Source: Chthoniobacteraceae bacterium (GTDB taxonomy: Bacteria; Verrucomicrobiota; Verrucomicrobiia; Chthoniobacterales; Chthoniobacteraceae). From it: a DNA stretch of 64,000 nucleotides. Location of the stretch: the NCBI GenBank assembly GCA_031409655.1, contig JANNXQ010000235.1, positions 26,025-90,024 on the forward strand, given 5' to 3'. Shown here in pieces: positions 12,469 through 22,000 of the stretch. Both the position numbers and the translations under genes were made by a program. Under the pieces are notes generated by a model. That model saw nothing but the letters and a program-made list of their open reading frames with translations. It was not told the DNA's origin and did no database searches. Within the stretch, counting starts at the first letter, position 1, and each line of letters opens with the position of its first letter.

Positions 12469-13491
12469 ATGCCTTCTCCGGTCTATCGCCGATTCGTCCG
12501 TCCACTGTTCTTCCAGTTCGACGCGGAGACGATCCATCACCTCGCGATGGGCGCGCTGGAGCGATTCGGTCCCGCCATGGCCTGGTTTGCGCGCGCGCGC
12601 GATCCGCGACTCGAGCGCAAAGTCTTTGGCCTGCGTTTCCCCAATCCCGTCGGCCTCGCCGCCGGCTTCGATAAAAACGCCGTCGCCCTGCCGGCGTGGG
12701 AGGCCCTCGGCTTTGGCTTTGCGGAAGTGGGCACGATCACCGCGCGCCAGCAGCCCGGAAATCCGCAGCCGCGCATCTTCCGCGTCCCGGAATGCCAAGC
12801 GCTCGTAAACCGCCTCGGGTTCAACAATGACGGCTGTGATCGCGTCGCCGATCGCCTTCGCCGCCTGCGGATGAAAGGCCTGTGGCCAGCGATGCCGGTG
12901 GGCATCAATCTCGGAAAGTCAAAAGTCACCCCGCTCGACGAAGCCGCCAATGATTACCTGCTTTCCTTCGAGCGCCTCGAGCACTTCGGAGATTACTTCG
13001 TCCTCAATGTCAGTTCCCCGAATACGCCCGGCCTGCGCGCGTTGCAGGATCGCACGCAACTCGAGGTCATCTTCCGCGCGATCCAAAGTCGCAATGGGGA
13101 CAAGAAACCCGTGCTCGTGAAAATCGCGCCGGATCTGGAGTGGGGGCCGATCGAGGAAATCCTGAGCCTCGCCGAGGAGCAGGGCCTCGCCGGCATCGTC
13201 GCCACGAATACGACCATCGATCACTCCTCGATCCCTGAGCATCGCCGGACGCAAGGCGGCCTCAGCGGCACCCCGCTGCGCGCGCGTTCCACCGAAGTCG
13301 TGCGCTTCATCACCAGCCGCAGCAAACTCCCCGTGATCGCCGTCGGCGGCATCCTGAGCGCGGACGATGCGCTGGAGAAATTTGATGCCGGCGCCGCCCT
13401 CATTCAACTCTACACTGGCTTCATCTACGAAGGGCCCGCTCTGGTCCGAAGCATCTGCGAAGCGCTAACGAACGTTGCCTCTGGTGGGTAG
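12469..13491 (+). CDS. pyrD: Quinone-dependent dihydroorotate dehydrogenase (class 2)
   Basis: NPVGLAAGFDKN, NRLGFNN, NVSSPNTPGLR, VKIAPDL, GGLSG. Confidence 0.97.
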   Translation: MPSPVYRRFVRPLFFQFDAETIHHLAMGALERFGPAMAWFARARDPRLERKVFGLRFPNPVGLAAGFDKNAVALPAWEALGFGFAEVGTITARQQPGNPQPRIFRVPECQALVNRLGFNNDGCDRVADRLRRLRMKGLWPAMPVGINLGKSKVTPLDEAANDYLLSFERLEHFGDYFVLNVSSPNTPGLRALQDRTQLEVIFRAIQSRNGDKKPVLVKIAPDLEWGPIEEILSLAEEQGLAGIVATNTTIDHSSIPEHRRTQGGLSGTPLRARSTEVVRFITSRSKLPVIAVGGILSADDALEKFDAGAALIQLYTGFIYEGPALVRSICEALTNVASGG

Positions 13492-13519
13492 ATCGCTAAA
13501 AGCCACGCCTAATTTTTCC

Positions 13520-14641
13520 ATGCAAGCCACTGCCACGATTTCCGATGAATCTCTGACAAACCGCGTCCTCGCGGGCGAACGCGTGACCGCGGACGAAGCG
13601 CTCACGCTTTACCACCTGCCGCTGCTGGAACTCGGCATCCTCGCCGATCGCCGCCGCCAACTCGCCAAGGCTCGCGCTTACGAGGGCCGCGGCAATGACA
13701 TCGTCACTTACATCATCGACCGGAACATCAACTACACGAACGTCTGCAATGTGTACTGCAAGTTCTGCGCATTTTATCGCACCGAGAAGGACGACGATCA
13801 TTACGTGCTCACGCTCGAGCAAATCGATGAAAAGCTCGACGAACTCTCCGCCAATGAAGGCATCCAGATCCTGATGCAAGGCGGGCATCACCCGAGGCTC
13901 GACCTCGATTGGTACCTCACCCTTCTCCAGCACATCCGCGAAAAATATCCGCACATCAATATCCATGGCTTCTCGCCGCCGGAGTTCAATCATTTCGCCG
14001 CAGTCTTCAAAATGCCGGTGCGCGAAGTGCTCACGCGCTTCGTCGAAGCCGGCCTCGGCTCCATCCCCGGCGGCGGTGGCGAGATCCTCGTCGATCGCGT
14101 GCGGGATCGCATCGCCCCGCTCAAGTGTAACTCCGACGACTGGCTGAACGTCATGCGCATCGCCCACGAACTTGGTTTGCGCTCCAGCGCCACGATGATG
14201 TTCGGCCACGTCGAGACCGTGGAAGAGCGCATCGAACATCTCGGCCGTCTGCGTGAGGTGCAGGATGACACCGGCGGTTTCTCCGCCTTCATCTGCTGGA
14301 CCTTCCAAGACCTCAAGGATCAGCACACCAGCACCGGACACACCAAGCTCCGCGCCGAGCCCGTGGGCAGCAGCGAGTATCTCCGCACCCAAGCCCTCAG
14401 CCGCATCTTCCTCGATAACTTCGATAACGTGCAAAGCTCCTGGGTTACTCAAGGCCCAAAGATCGGCCAGCTCGCGCTCAAGTATGGAGCGAATGATTTC
14501 GGCTCCGTGATGATGGAGGAAAACGTCGTCTCCAGCGCCGGCACCACCTTCCGTCTGCAGAAAGAGGAGATCGAGCGCCTGATCAATGACGCCGGCTACG
14601 AACCCCGCCGCCGGAATAACTGGTACCAGCTACTCGACTAG
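13520..14641 (+). CDS. mqnC: Cyclic dehypoxanthine futalosine synthase (radical SAM, futalosine menaquinone pathway)
   Basis: DRNINYTNVCNVYCKFCAF, ILMQGGHHP, SIPGGGGEIL, FICWTFQ, QSSWVTQG, GANDFGSVMMEENVV. Confidence 0.9.
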   Translation: MQATATISDESLTNRVLAGERVTADEALTLYHLPLLELGILADRRRQLAKARAYEGRGNDIVTYIIDRNINYTNVCNVYCKFCAFYRTEKDDDHYVLTLEQIDEKLDELSANEGIQILMQGGHHPRLDLDWYLTLLQHIREKYPHINIHGFSPPEFNHFAAVFKMPVREVLTRFVEAGLGSIPGGGGEILVDRVRDRIAPLKCNSDDWLNVMRIAHELGLRSSATMMFGHVETVEERIEHLGRLREVQDDTGGFSAFICWTFQDLKDQHTSTGHTKLRAEPVGSSEYLRTQALSRIFLDNFDNVQSSWVTQGPKIGQLALKYGANDFGSVMMEENVVSSAGTTFRLQKEEIERLINDAGYEPRRRNNWYQLLD

Positions 14642-14642
14642 A

Positions 14643-14756
14643 GGTGGATGGCGCGCTCCGCCGCGCCATGGGTAAAGCGCGCGTGCAGCGCCCAGCATCA
14701 TCCAGTGGCCTCCGGCCAGAACGTCAATCATGGCGCGGTGGAGCGCGAAATCCACC
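14643..14756. repeat. REP-like inverted repeat pair (28-bp arms) between convergent mqnC and dinB
   Basis: 14643-14670 ggtggatggcgcgctccgccgcgccatg against the reverse complement of 14729-14756: 25/28 identical. Confidence 0.8.
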
Positions 14757-14760
14757 GCCG

Positions 14761-15840
14761 TCACAGGCCCAGCCGCATCTGCGCCGTCTCCGGCGGCACC
14801 AGCGTCGAGGCGCCGATCCCGATCAGCCGCAGCGGGCTCTTCACCAACCGATCCCGCGCGAGGAGGTAACACGCGACCCGGTAAATCTCCTTCGCGCTCG
14901 TGATCGGATCCTCCACGCGAAGCTGCCGGGTGAGCGTCGTAAAATCGCTGTAACGCACCTTCACCTGGATGGTCAGCGCACCCACCTCGTTCTTCATCAG
15001 CGTGTGCGCGACATCCTCGGCGAGATCCTTCAGCGCCGCCCGCAGCGTGGGCCGGTCGTCCGTATCCTCGGCAAAGGTATTCTCCGCGCTGATGCTCTTC
15101 CGTTCCTCGCTCAGATCCACCGGGCGCGGGTCGTTGCCGAAAGCCCGCTCGCGCAGACTCTCCGCAAAGGAACCGACAACGCCGTGCAGATCGATCTTCG
15201 TATCCTGCAGATCACCGATCGTCGCGAGCCCCTTTTCCTCCAGCGCCGCTGCCGTCACCGGACCCACCCCGTGAATCGAGTGGATCGAGAGCGGCCGGAG
15301 AAACTCCACCTTGTCCCGTTCGGCGATTAGCGTCAGGCCATCGGGCTTTTGAAAGTCACTGCCCAGCTTGGCTAGAAACTTATTCGCCCCGATGCCCACG
15401 CTTGCCGTGAGTTGTCGTTCGCTGGCGATTCGCCGCTTGATCTCCTCCGCCAGTGGCCGCGCGGCCAGCAACGCCTCGTCCGCTTCCGCCACATTTTCAA
15501 AGGAGGCGCTGAGATCCAGATAGGCCTCATCCACCGACACCTTCTCTACCGCCTCTGTGAAGGCGCGCAGGATCCCCATGATCTGCGCCGACTCCGCCCG
15601 ATACACCTCCATCCGCGGACGCACAAAGATCCCGTGCGGACACAGCTTCCCCGCCGTGCGCGAAGGCATCGCCGACCGGACCTTAAACTTCCGCGCCTCA
15701 TAACTCGCCGCACACACCACCCCGCGCCGATCCGGTGGCGACCCCACGATCACGGGCTTACCCCGATACTCCGGATGATCCCGCTGCTCGATGGAGGCAA
15801 AAAACGCATCCATATCGACGTGGAGAATGACGCGGGACAT
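14761..15840 (-). CDS. dinB: DNA polymerase IV (Y family)
   Basis: ILHVDMDAFFASIEQRD, ASYEARKF, SVDEAYLD, ANKFLAKLGSD.KPDG, little-finger RKSISAENTF. Confidence 0.96.
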   Translation of the reverse strand: MSRVILHVDMDAFFASIEQRDHPEYRGKPVIVGSPPDRRGVVCAASYEARKFKVRSAMPSRTAGKLCPHGIFVRPRMEVYRAESAQIMGILRAFTEAVEKVSVDEAYLDLSASFENVAEADEALLAARPLAEEIKRRIASERQLTASVGIGANKFLAKLGSDFQKPDGLTLIAERDKVEFLRPLSIHSIHGVGPVTAAALEEKGLATIGDLQDTKIDLHGVVGSFAESLRERAFGNDPRPVDLSEERKSISAENTFAEDTDDRPTLRAALKDLAEDVAHTLMKNEVGALTIQVKVRYSDFTTLTRQLRVEDPITSAKEIYRVACYLLARDRLVKSPLRLIGIGASTLVPPETAQMRLGL

Positions 15841-15903
15841 GCAGGGCAAAAGCGTCGCGCAATCTGCCCGCGAACTAAAGGCCGGAGACGAGGAAGATCG
15901 AGC

Positions 15904-16476
15904 TCAGACTCTCAACGAGCCACGGAACGCCCTCGCGCTGTAGTAAGACTGCGCCCCATTGTGATAGATAAAGACATGACCGAAGCGCCGATCCCCAAAG
16001 AGCGCGCCACCGAGTTTGCGGATATCCGGCGGCGTCTTCACCCAACTCGACGTCTTCGTATCGAACTCTCCCAGCGTCTGCAGTTCGCGATATCCTTCTT
16101 CCGTTAAAAGCTCGATGCCCATGGCCGCGGCCATGTCCAATGCGCTATTGGCGGGCCGGTGTTCCTTCCTCGATTCCAACCCTTCCCGGTCGTAACAAAC
16201 CGCGACCCGGCCTTTCGGACTTTCCGCGGAACAATCAAAGAAGACGAATTCGCCCGTCTTTCTATCCTGTCCGACCACGTCCGGTGCCCCGCCCGTCCTT
16301 TCCATTTCATGGAGTGACCACAGCTTTCCGGCATTCGCTCCCAACCGGGCCTCGACCTTCGTCCATTCCAGACCCGTGTGGCGGTCCATATTCTTCTCAA
16401 ACCGGGCATTCAACACTTTGAAGAGTTCTGCACATTGTACGGGTGACAACTCGGACTTTGTGGCGACGCCTTTCAT
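15904..16476 (-). CDS. DUF4256 family protein
   Basis: RFEKNMDRH, LWSLHEMERTGG.PDV, DCSAESPKGR, FDTKTSSW, YHNGAQSYY recognised as DUF4256-like. Confidence 0.75.
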   Translation of the reverse strand: MKGVATKSELSPVQCAELFKVLNARFEKNMDRHTGLEWTKVEARLGANAGKLWSLHEMERTGGAPDVVGQDRKTGEFVFFDCSAESPKGRVAVCYDREGLESRKEHRPANSALDMAAAMGIELLTEEGYRELQTLGEFDTKTSSWVKTPPDIRKLGGALFGDRRFGHVFIYHNGAQSYYSARAFRGSLRV

Positions 16477-16601
16477 AATTTCAGTTTTAAGGCTGGGTCT
16501 CGTCCTTGGCCCAGCACTAAACGCAGTGGGGGGGGCGGTGCGGAGCGGGTCGGGCACTCTCGCCGCTGGCTCTGCGGGAGAATCTCCGGTAAAAAGCGGG
16601 G

Positions 16602-18032
16602 GTGAGCGCATTTCTCAAGACTCTGTTCGTCAATCCGCCTTCGTGGGAGGGCTTCGATGGGGGGGCGGGGTCGCGCTATCAGGCGAAGCGCGAGGTGCGG
16701 TCATTCTGGTATCCGACGTGGCTGGCGCAACCGGCGGCGCTGATCGAAGGCGCGCGGCTGGTGGATGCACCGGCGGATGATCTCTCGCAGGAGGAGGTGC
16801 TGGGGATCGCGCGGGACTATGAGTTGGTGATCATCCACACGAGTGCGCCGACTTTGCGCGGCGACGCGCGGCTGGCGGAGGCGCTGAAGTCGCAGCAGCG
16901 CGATGTCAAAGTGGGGCTGGTGGGGGCGCATGCGGCGGTGCTCCCGGAGGAGACGCTCCGCGCGAGCGAGGCGATTGATTTTGTGGGGCGCAAGGAGTTT
17001 GACTTTACCTGTCAGGAGGTGGCGCTGGGTAAGTCGCTGGCGGAGGTCGATGGGCTGTCGTTTCGTCAGGTGGGAAAGGTGATCCACAATGCGGAGCGGG
17101 CGACGATCACGGACTTCGATGCGCTGCCGAGTGTGATGGATGTGTATGCGCGGGATCTGACGATCGAGAATTATGCGATTGGTTACCTGAAGCATCCGTA
17201 TGTCTCGCACTACACGGGGCGGGGGTGTCCGGCGCAGTGTACCTTTTGCCTCTGGCCGCAGACGGTGGGCGGGCATAAGTATCGGGCGAAATCGCCGGAA
17301 GGGGTGGCGCGCGAGATGACGCATGCGCAACGGCTTTTCCCGCAGGTGAAGGAGTTCTTTTTCGACGACGATACCTTCACGGCTTACCAACCGCGGGCCC
17401 GGGAGATTGCCAGGTTACTCGGCAAGCTCGGGATGACGTGGAGCTGCAATGCGCGCGCGAACGTGAATTACGACACGCTGAAGACGATGCGCGACCATGG
17501 TCTGCGGCTCTTACTCGTGGGTTACGAAAGCGGGAATCAGCGGATCCTGGATAACATTAAGAAAGGCATCCGCCTGGAGGAGGCGCGCGAGTTCACCCGC
17601 AACTGCAAGAAGCTCGGCATCACGATCCACGGCACCTTCATCCTCGGCCTGCCGGGCGAAACGCGGGAGACGATTCGCGAGACGATTGAGTTTGCGAAGG
17701 AGGTGGATCCTTTCTCCATGCAGGTGAGCCTCGCGGCGCCGTATCCGGGCACGGAGCTGTATCGGCAGGCCAAGGAGAATGGCTGGTTCAGCAAAGCGCC
17801 CGAGCTCGTGGATGGCCACGGCCAGCAGACAGCGGCGCTGGAATACGACGGGCTTTCGCGGGACGAAATCTTCGCGGCGCTTGAGCGATTCTACCGCGCT
17901 TACTATTTCCGCCCGCGCCCGATCGTGCGGATGGTCGGCGAGATGCTTGTGGACTTCGGCGTGATGAAACGTCGGCTGCGCGAAGGCGCGGAGTTCTTCC
18001 GCTTTCTCCGGCTGCGCAGTGCGGGCGCGTAG
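16602..18032 (+). CDS. hpnJ: Hopanoid biosynthesis-associated radical SAM protein HpnJ
   Basis: PPSWEGFDGGAGSRYQAKREVRSFWYPTWLAQPAAL N-terminus; GRGCPAQCTFCLWPQT; FFDDDTF. Confidence 0.9.
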   Translation: MSAFLKTLFVNPPSWEGFDGGAGSRYQAKREVRSFWYPTWLAQPAALIEGARLVDAPADDLSQEEVLGIARDYELVIIHTSAPTLRGDARLAEALKSQQRDVKVGLVGAHAAVLPEETLRASEAIDFVGRKEFDFTCQEVALGKSLAEVDGLSFRQVGKVIHNAERATITDFDALPSVMDVYARDLTIENYAIGYLKHPYVSHYTGRGCPAQCTFCLWPQTVGGHKYRAKSPEGVAREMTHAQRLFPQVKEFFFDDDTFTAYQPRAREIARLLGKLGMTWSCNARANVNYDTLKTMRDHGLRLLLVGYESGNQRILDNIKKGIRLEEAREFTRNCKKLGITIHGTFILGLPGETRETIRETIEFAKEVDPFSMQVSLAAPYPGTELYRQAKENGWFSKAPELVDGHGQQTAALEYDGLSRDEIFAALERFYRAYYFRPRPIVRMVGEMLVDFGVMKRRLREGAEFFRFLRLRSAGA

Positions 18033-18083
18033 TCGCTCGAAAGGGCTCTTGCCACAACGGGCGCGGTTGCGGAGAAAGGAGGA

Positions 18084-18968
18084 ATGATGCGTTCCCCTCG
18101 TCTCCTTTGCACGGCTGCCGTTGCCGCTTTCACTGTGGCCTTCAACTTCTCCTCGTCTGCGGAGATCGCGGTGAAGAGCGGCAATAAGTTTGCTTTTCTC
18201 GGGGACTCGATCACCGCGGGTGGGTGGAATAATCCGGCGGGCTACGTGCAACTGGTGCTTGCCGGGCTCGCGGCGAATGGGGTGCAGGTCACGCCGATCC
18301 CGGCGGGAATCAGCGGGCACAAATCAAATCAAATGCTTGATCGGCTCGAGAAGGACGTGCTGAGCAAAAAGCCGAACTGGATGGTGCTGAGTTGTGGCGT
18401 GAATGACGTGTGGCACGGCAAGATGGGCGTGCCGCTCGATGATGCGCAGGCGGCGAAACAGACTTACGAAAGCCGCACGACGACCGAGCCGGAAAAGGGC
18501 ACCTACCAGAAGAACATCACGGCCATCGTCGAGCGGGCGCAGGCCGCCGGCGCGCAGCCCGTGATTCTCACGGCGACGGTGATCAGGGAGGAATTGGGCA
18601 ATGCAGAGAACGCGAGCCTTGCGCCTTACAACGATTTCCTCCGTCAGCTCGCGAAGGAGAAGAAGCTGCGCATCGCCGACCTGAATGCTTCTTTCCAGGA
18701 ACAGATCAAGAAGGCGAATTCGCCGGGCAAGAATGTCTTCACCGTTGATGGCGTACATATGAACACCGAGGGCAATAAGTTGATGGCCCTCGGGATCCTC
18801 AAGGCGATCGGCTGCGATGCCGCGCAGCTCAGGAAGGCGCAGGCCGCGTGGCCACCACTCGAGGCGAAAGCCGTCGAAGCCGCCAAAGCCGCGGCCGCGA
18901 AGAGGGCCGCTGACGCGGCGGCGAAAAAGGCGAAGGAAGCCGCGAAGCCTGAGCCAGCGGTGAAGTAG
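18084..18968 (+). CDS. Secreted SGNH/GDSL hydrolase
   Basis: Signal peptide; FLGDSIT, AGISG, CGVND, DGVH; Ala/Lys-rich tail. Confidence 0.9.
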   Translation: MMRSPRLLCTAAVAAFTVAFNFSSSAEIAVKSGNKFAFLGDSITAGGWNNPAGYVQLVLAGLAANGVQVTPIPAGISGHKSNQMLDRLEKDVLSKKPNWMVLSCGVNDVWHGKMGVPLDDAQAAKQTYESRTTTEPEKGTYQKNITAIVERAQAAGAQPVILTATVIREELGNAENASLAPYNDFLRQLAKEKKLRIADLNASFQEQIKKANSPGKNVFTVDGVHMNTEGNKLMALGILKAIGCDAAQLRKAQAAWPPLEAKAVEAAKAAAAKRAADAAAKKAKEAAKPEPAVK

Positions 18969-19023
18969 CCGCCCCGCGAGAAAAGCTCGCGGACTGCGGC
19001 GGAGCGCTGGCTGGGATCGCTCG

Positions 19024-22000
19024 CTAGGACTTCTTCAGCGACGCGAGGTAGGCGACGAGATCCACGAGGTCGTCTTTGCTCAGGGCTTGGTTGAGGCCGC
19101 TGGGCATCATCGAGGTCGGGAGTTTGTCCCGTTTGGCGATGCTGTTTTTCGCGACCTTGGTCGTGGCGCCGCCGGGAAGGGCGACGATCACTTCGTCCGC
19201 GGTCTCGCTGCGGATGATGCCGAGCGCGGCGCTGCCGTCTTTCAAAGTGAGCTGCCACGTTTCAAAGCCCATGCTCACGCCCGCGTTCGGACTGATGATG
19301 GATTCGTAGAGCGCTTCCTTCGGCAGCTTGCTGCCGATTTCGGCGAGGCCGGGGCCGAAGTCCGCGCCCTTGTCGCCGACGCGGTGGCAGAGCACGCAGC
19401 TCGACTCCGCGCGTTCGAAGATCGCCCGGCCTTTACTGACGTCGCCGGGCAGTTTTACGAGGTCGCCGATCAGCGGGAGCGGCTGACCGCCGAGGGCGTT
19501 CGGTGCGGGAAAGTGCTGGGCGATGGCGTCCTTGAGGTTGGCGTATTGCACGAGGGCCAGCGCGTTCGCGGCGGTGGCTTTCAGGTCCTCGGGGAACTTC
19601 CCTTCCTTCGCCAGATTCAGGAGCGCCGTGGCGCCGGCCTGGGTGCGGGCAAGCGCCCGGACGGCACCGCCGCGCAGCCCGGCCTGGTGGCCGGACTTCG
19701 TGAGAATGGCGGAGAGCCGCGCGAGGCCGCGATTGCCGCCGGCCACGCCGAGCAGGTCGAGCACGGCCGCGGCGTTCGGTCCCTTCAATTCTTCATTGAG
19801 CAAAGTCCCCCAATTTCCGTCGCTGTAGAAAAGTTTCAGGGCGTCGCTCGCGACGGGATCATTGGGCTTTTTGAGCGCCGTCTCGAGGAGCGCGGCACCC
19901 TGGCCTTTCGCGCCGAAATCGCGCACGAGTTCGATGAACTGCGGCGTGCCGCGGGCCTTGTCGAGTGCGCCCTGGAGCGCGGCGGCGACGGCGGGATTGG
20001 CATTGAGATCCGTGCCTTTGAGGCGCAGCAGGGCTTCGCGGGCGATGTCGTCGGCGGCCTGGCCGGCGGTGGCGAGAGCCACGAGGGCCTGGGTGCGTTC
20101 GGGAGACGCGGGGAGAAAGTCGAAGGAGCGGACGTAGCGGGGCTTCCCGGTGGTGTTCTTGTCGCTGAGCAATTGCGCGAGGTAGGGCGCGGCCTTCGGG
20201 GTGCGCAGGCGCCAGAGGATGTCGCGACCGGCGGGCGTATTCCACTGGCCGGCGGTGGTGGTGAGGAAAGCGTCGAGACAGGCCTCTTCATTCCCCGTGG
20301 CTCCGATGCCGAGCGCCTCGAGATACCAGCGATCCTGGCCATCGTGCTGCGCGGCGAGTGCGGCCCAGATCTTGGCGATGTCCTTGGCGCCATTCAGCGC
20401 GACGGCGATCTCGCGGCGGACCTGCGGGCTCGGATCGCGCAGCAGTTTGCCCATGAGCGCGCGATCTTCCTCCAGCGCGCCGGTGTCGAGATCGGCCGTC
20501 TTTGCGAGGGTGGCGCAAAGGCGGACGCCGGTGATGCGCACGTCGCTCTGGGCGTCGCCGAGTGCTTCCTTCAGATACGCGATTTCCCGACCGGGCAGGC
20601 GGGTGAGCAGCCCCAGAGCGCGGGCGCGGATGCGGGGATTTTGGTGTTCCTTCCAGAGCTTCGCGAGCGCGGGTTCGGCCTGCGCGCCCATCTTGGAGAG
20701 ACGTTGCCAGGCGACGTACATTGTCGCACGGTTCGGCGATTGCAGCGCGGCCACGCAGCCTGCGGCGGTGCTGAAATCGGGCGTCGGTGCGGAAAGTTTC
20801 CCGCCTGTCGGAGCCACACGGTAGAGCCGTCCGCGGATCTCCCCCTTCTCGTGGTCGGCCATATTATGCCCGCCGACGCCGGCATCGTACCAATCCGCGA
20901 CGACCAGCGAGCCATCGGGCGCGATGGCCACGTCGGACGGGCGATACCACGGGTCCTCCGAAGTCAGGATATCGACCATCGTCGCCTGGTAGCCCGCGCC
21001 ATCGGCGGTCACGGGATAAGCGCGCACCGTGCGCGGACCGGCGTCGCAGTGGATGAGTTGATTTTCAAACTGCGGCCCGAGCGCGCTGCCCTCATTGACG
21101 AGAATGCCCGTCGGCGAACCGGCGCCGGTCTGGAGCAGATTCGGCACGACTCCGGGGTCATTGAGATGCCAGTGCCGCTGCGGGATTTCCGTTTCGAGAT
21201 TCGTCCGCTCGACTCTCCAACCCCCGCCCGTGATCTCGTCGGTGTAACCGTAGTTGCCGTATGGCATCACGTAGTTGATGCGCACGCCCTTGTTACCGTC
21301 GTCGTCATTGTCGCTCTGCCACATCGTGCCAAAGGAATCGACGGCCACCTCGTAGTTATTGCGAAAGTTCCAGCCCAGCGTCTCGATGTTCGTCGGCTTT
21401 CCATTCACGAGGTCGCAGCGAAAGACCATCCCTTGGCGGTAAGGCTTGCCATCTCCCGCCGTGCGCCGGCCACTCACGTCGATGAAGAAATTCCCGTTTG
21501 CGTCGAGTAAGTCCCGGCTCTCATTGCCGCAGTTAAAGTAGAACTTTCCATCCGCGCCGAAGACGAAGGCGTGGACTTGGTGATCGTGATCAAAGTTCCC
21601 TTTGACCTGAAAGATCACCTCCGCCTTCTCTGCCTTGTCGTCGCCATCCGCGTCTGTCAGGAGCCAGACCTTCGGCGCAGCGCTGACGATGACCTGAGTT
21701 CCCTTTCCTTGCGGGAGCACGAGGATGCCGAGCGGGTTGGTGAGATCCTTACTTTGGTAAAATGTCGTCTCTTGGTCGGCCTCCCCATTGCCGTCGGTGT
21801 CCGCGAGGATCACGACGCGGTCGCCCGCTTCGCGCAGCGTGCCCCACGATTTGAAACTCGAACGGTAGTTCACCGCCTCGACCGCCCAGATGCGGCCGCG
21901 CGGATCGATATCGATGTTCGTGGGATTTTGGATCATCGGCTCCGCGGCGACGAGCGAGGCCCCGAGCCCACTGGCGGCCTTGAAGCGGCTCATGTTTTCC

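Noticed and set aside
10906..16600. Replication origin near mnmE or the skew flip
   Set aside because: No dnaA/dnaN/gidA context, I spotted no DnaA-box cluster or AT-rich unwinding element, and similar skew flips recur elsewhere in the window.
19087..21510. 807-aa plus-strand ORF (also 38011-39726, 40084-42057, 8605-9648, 6135-7160)
   Set aside because: Antisense shadows of well-supported genes, expected in high-GC coding DNA.
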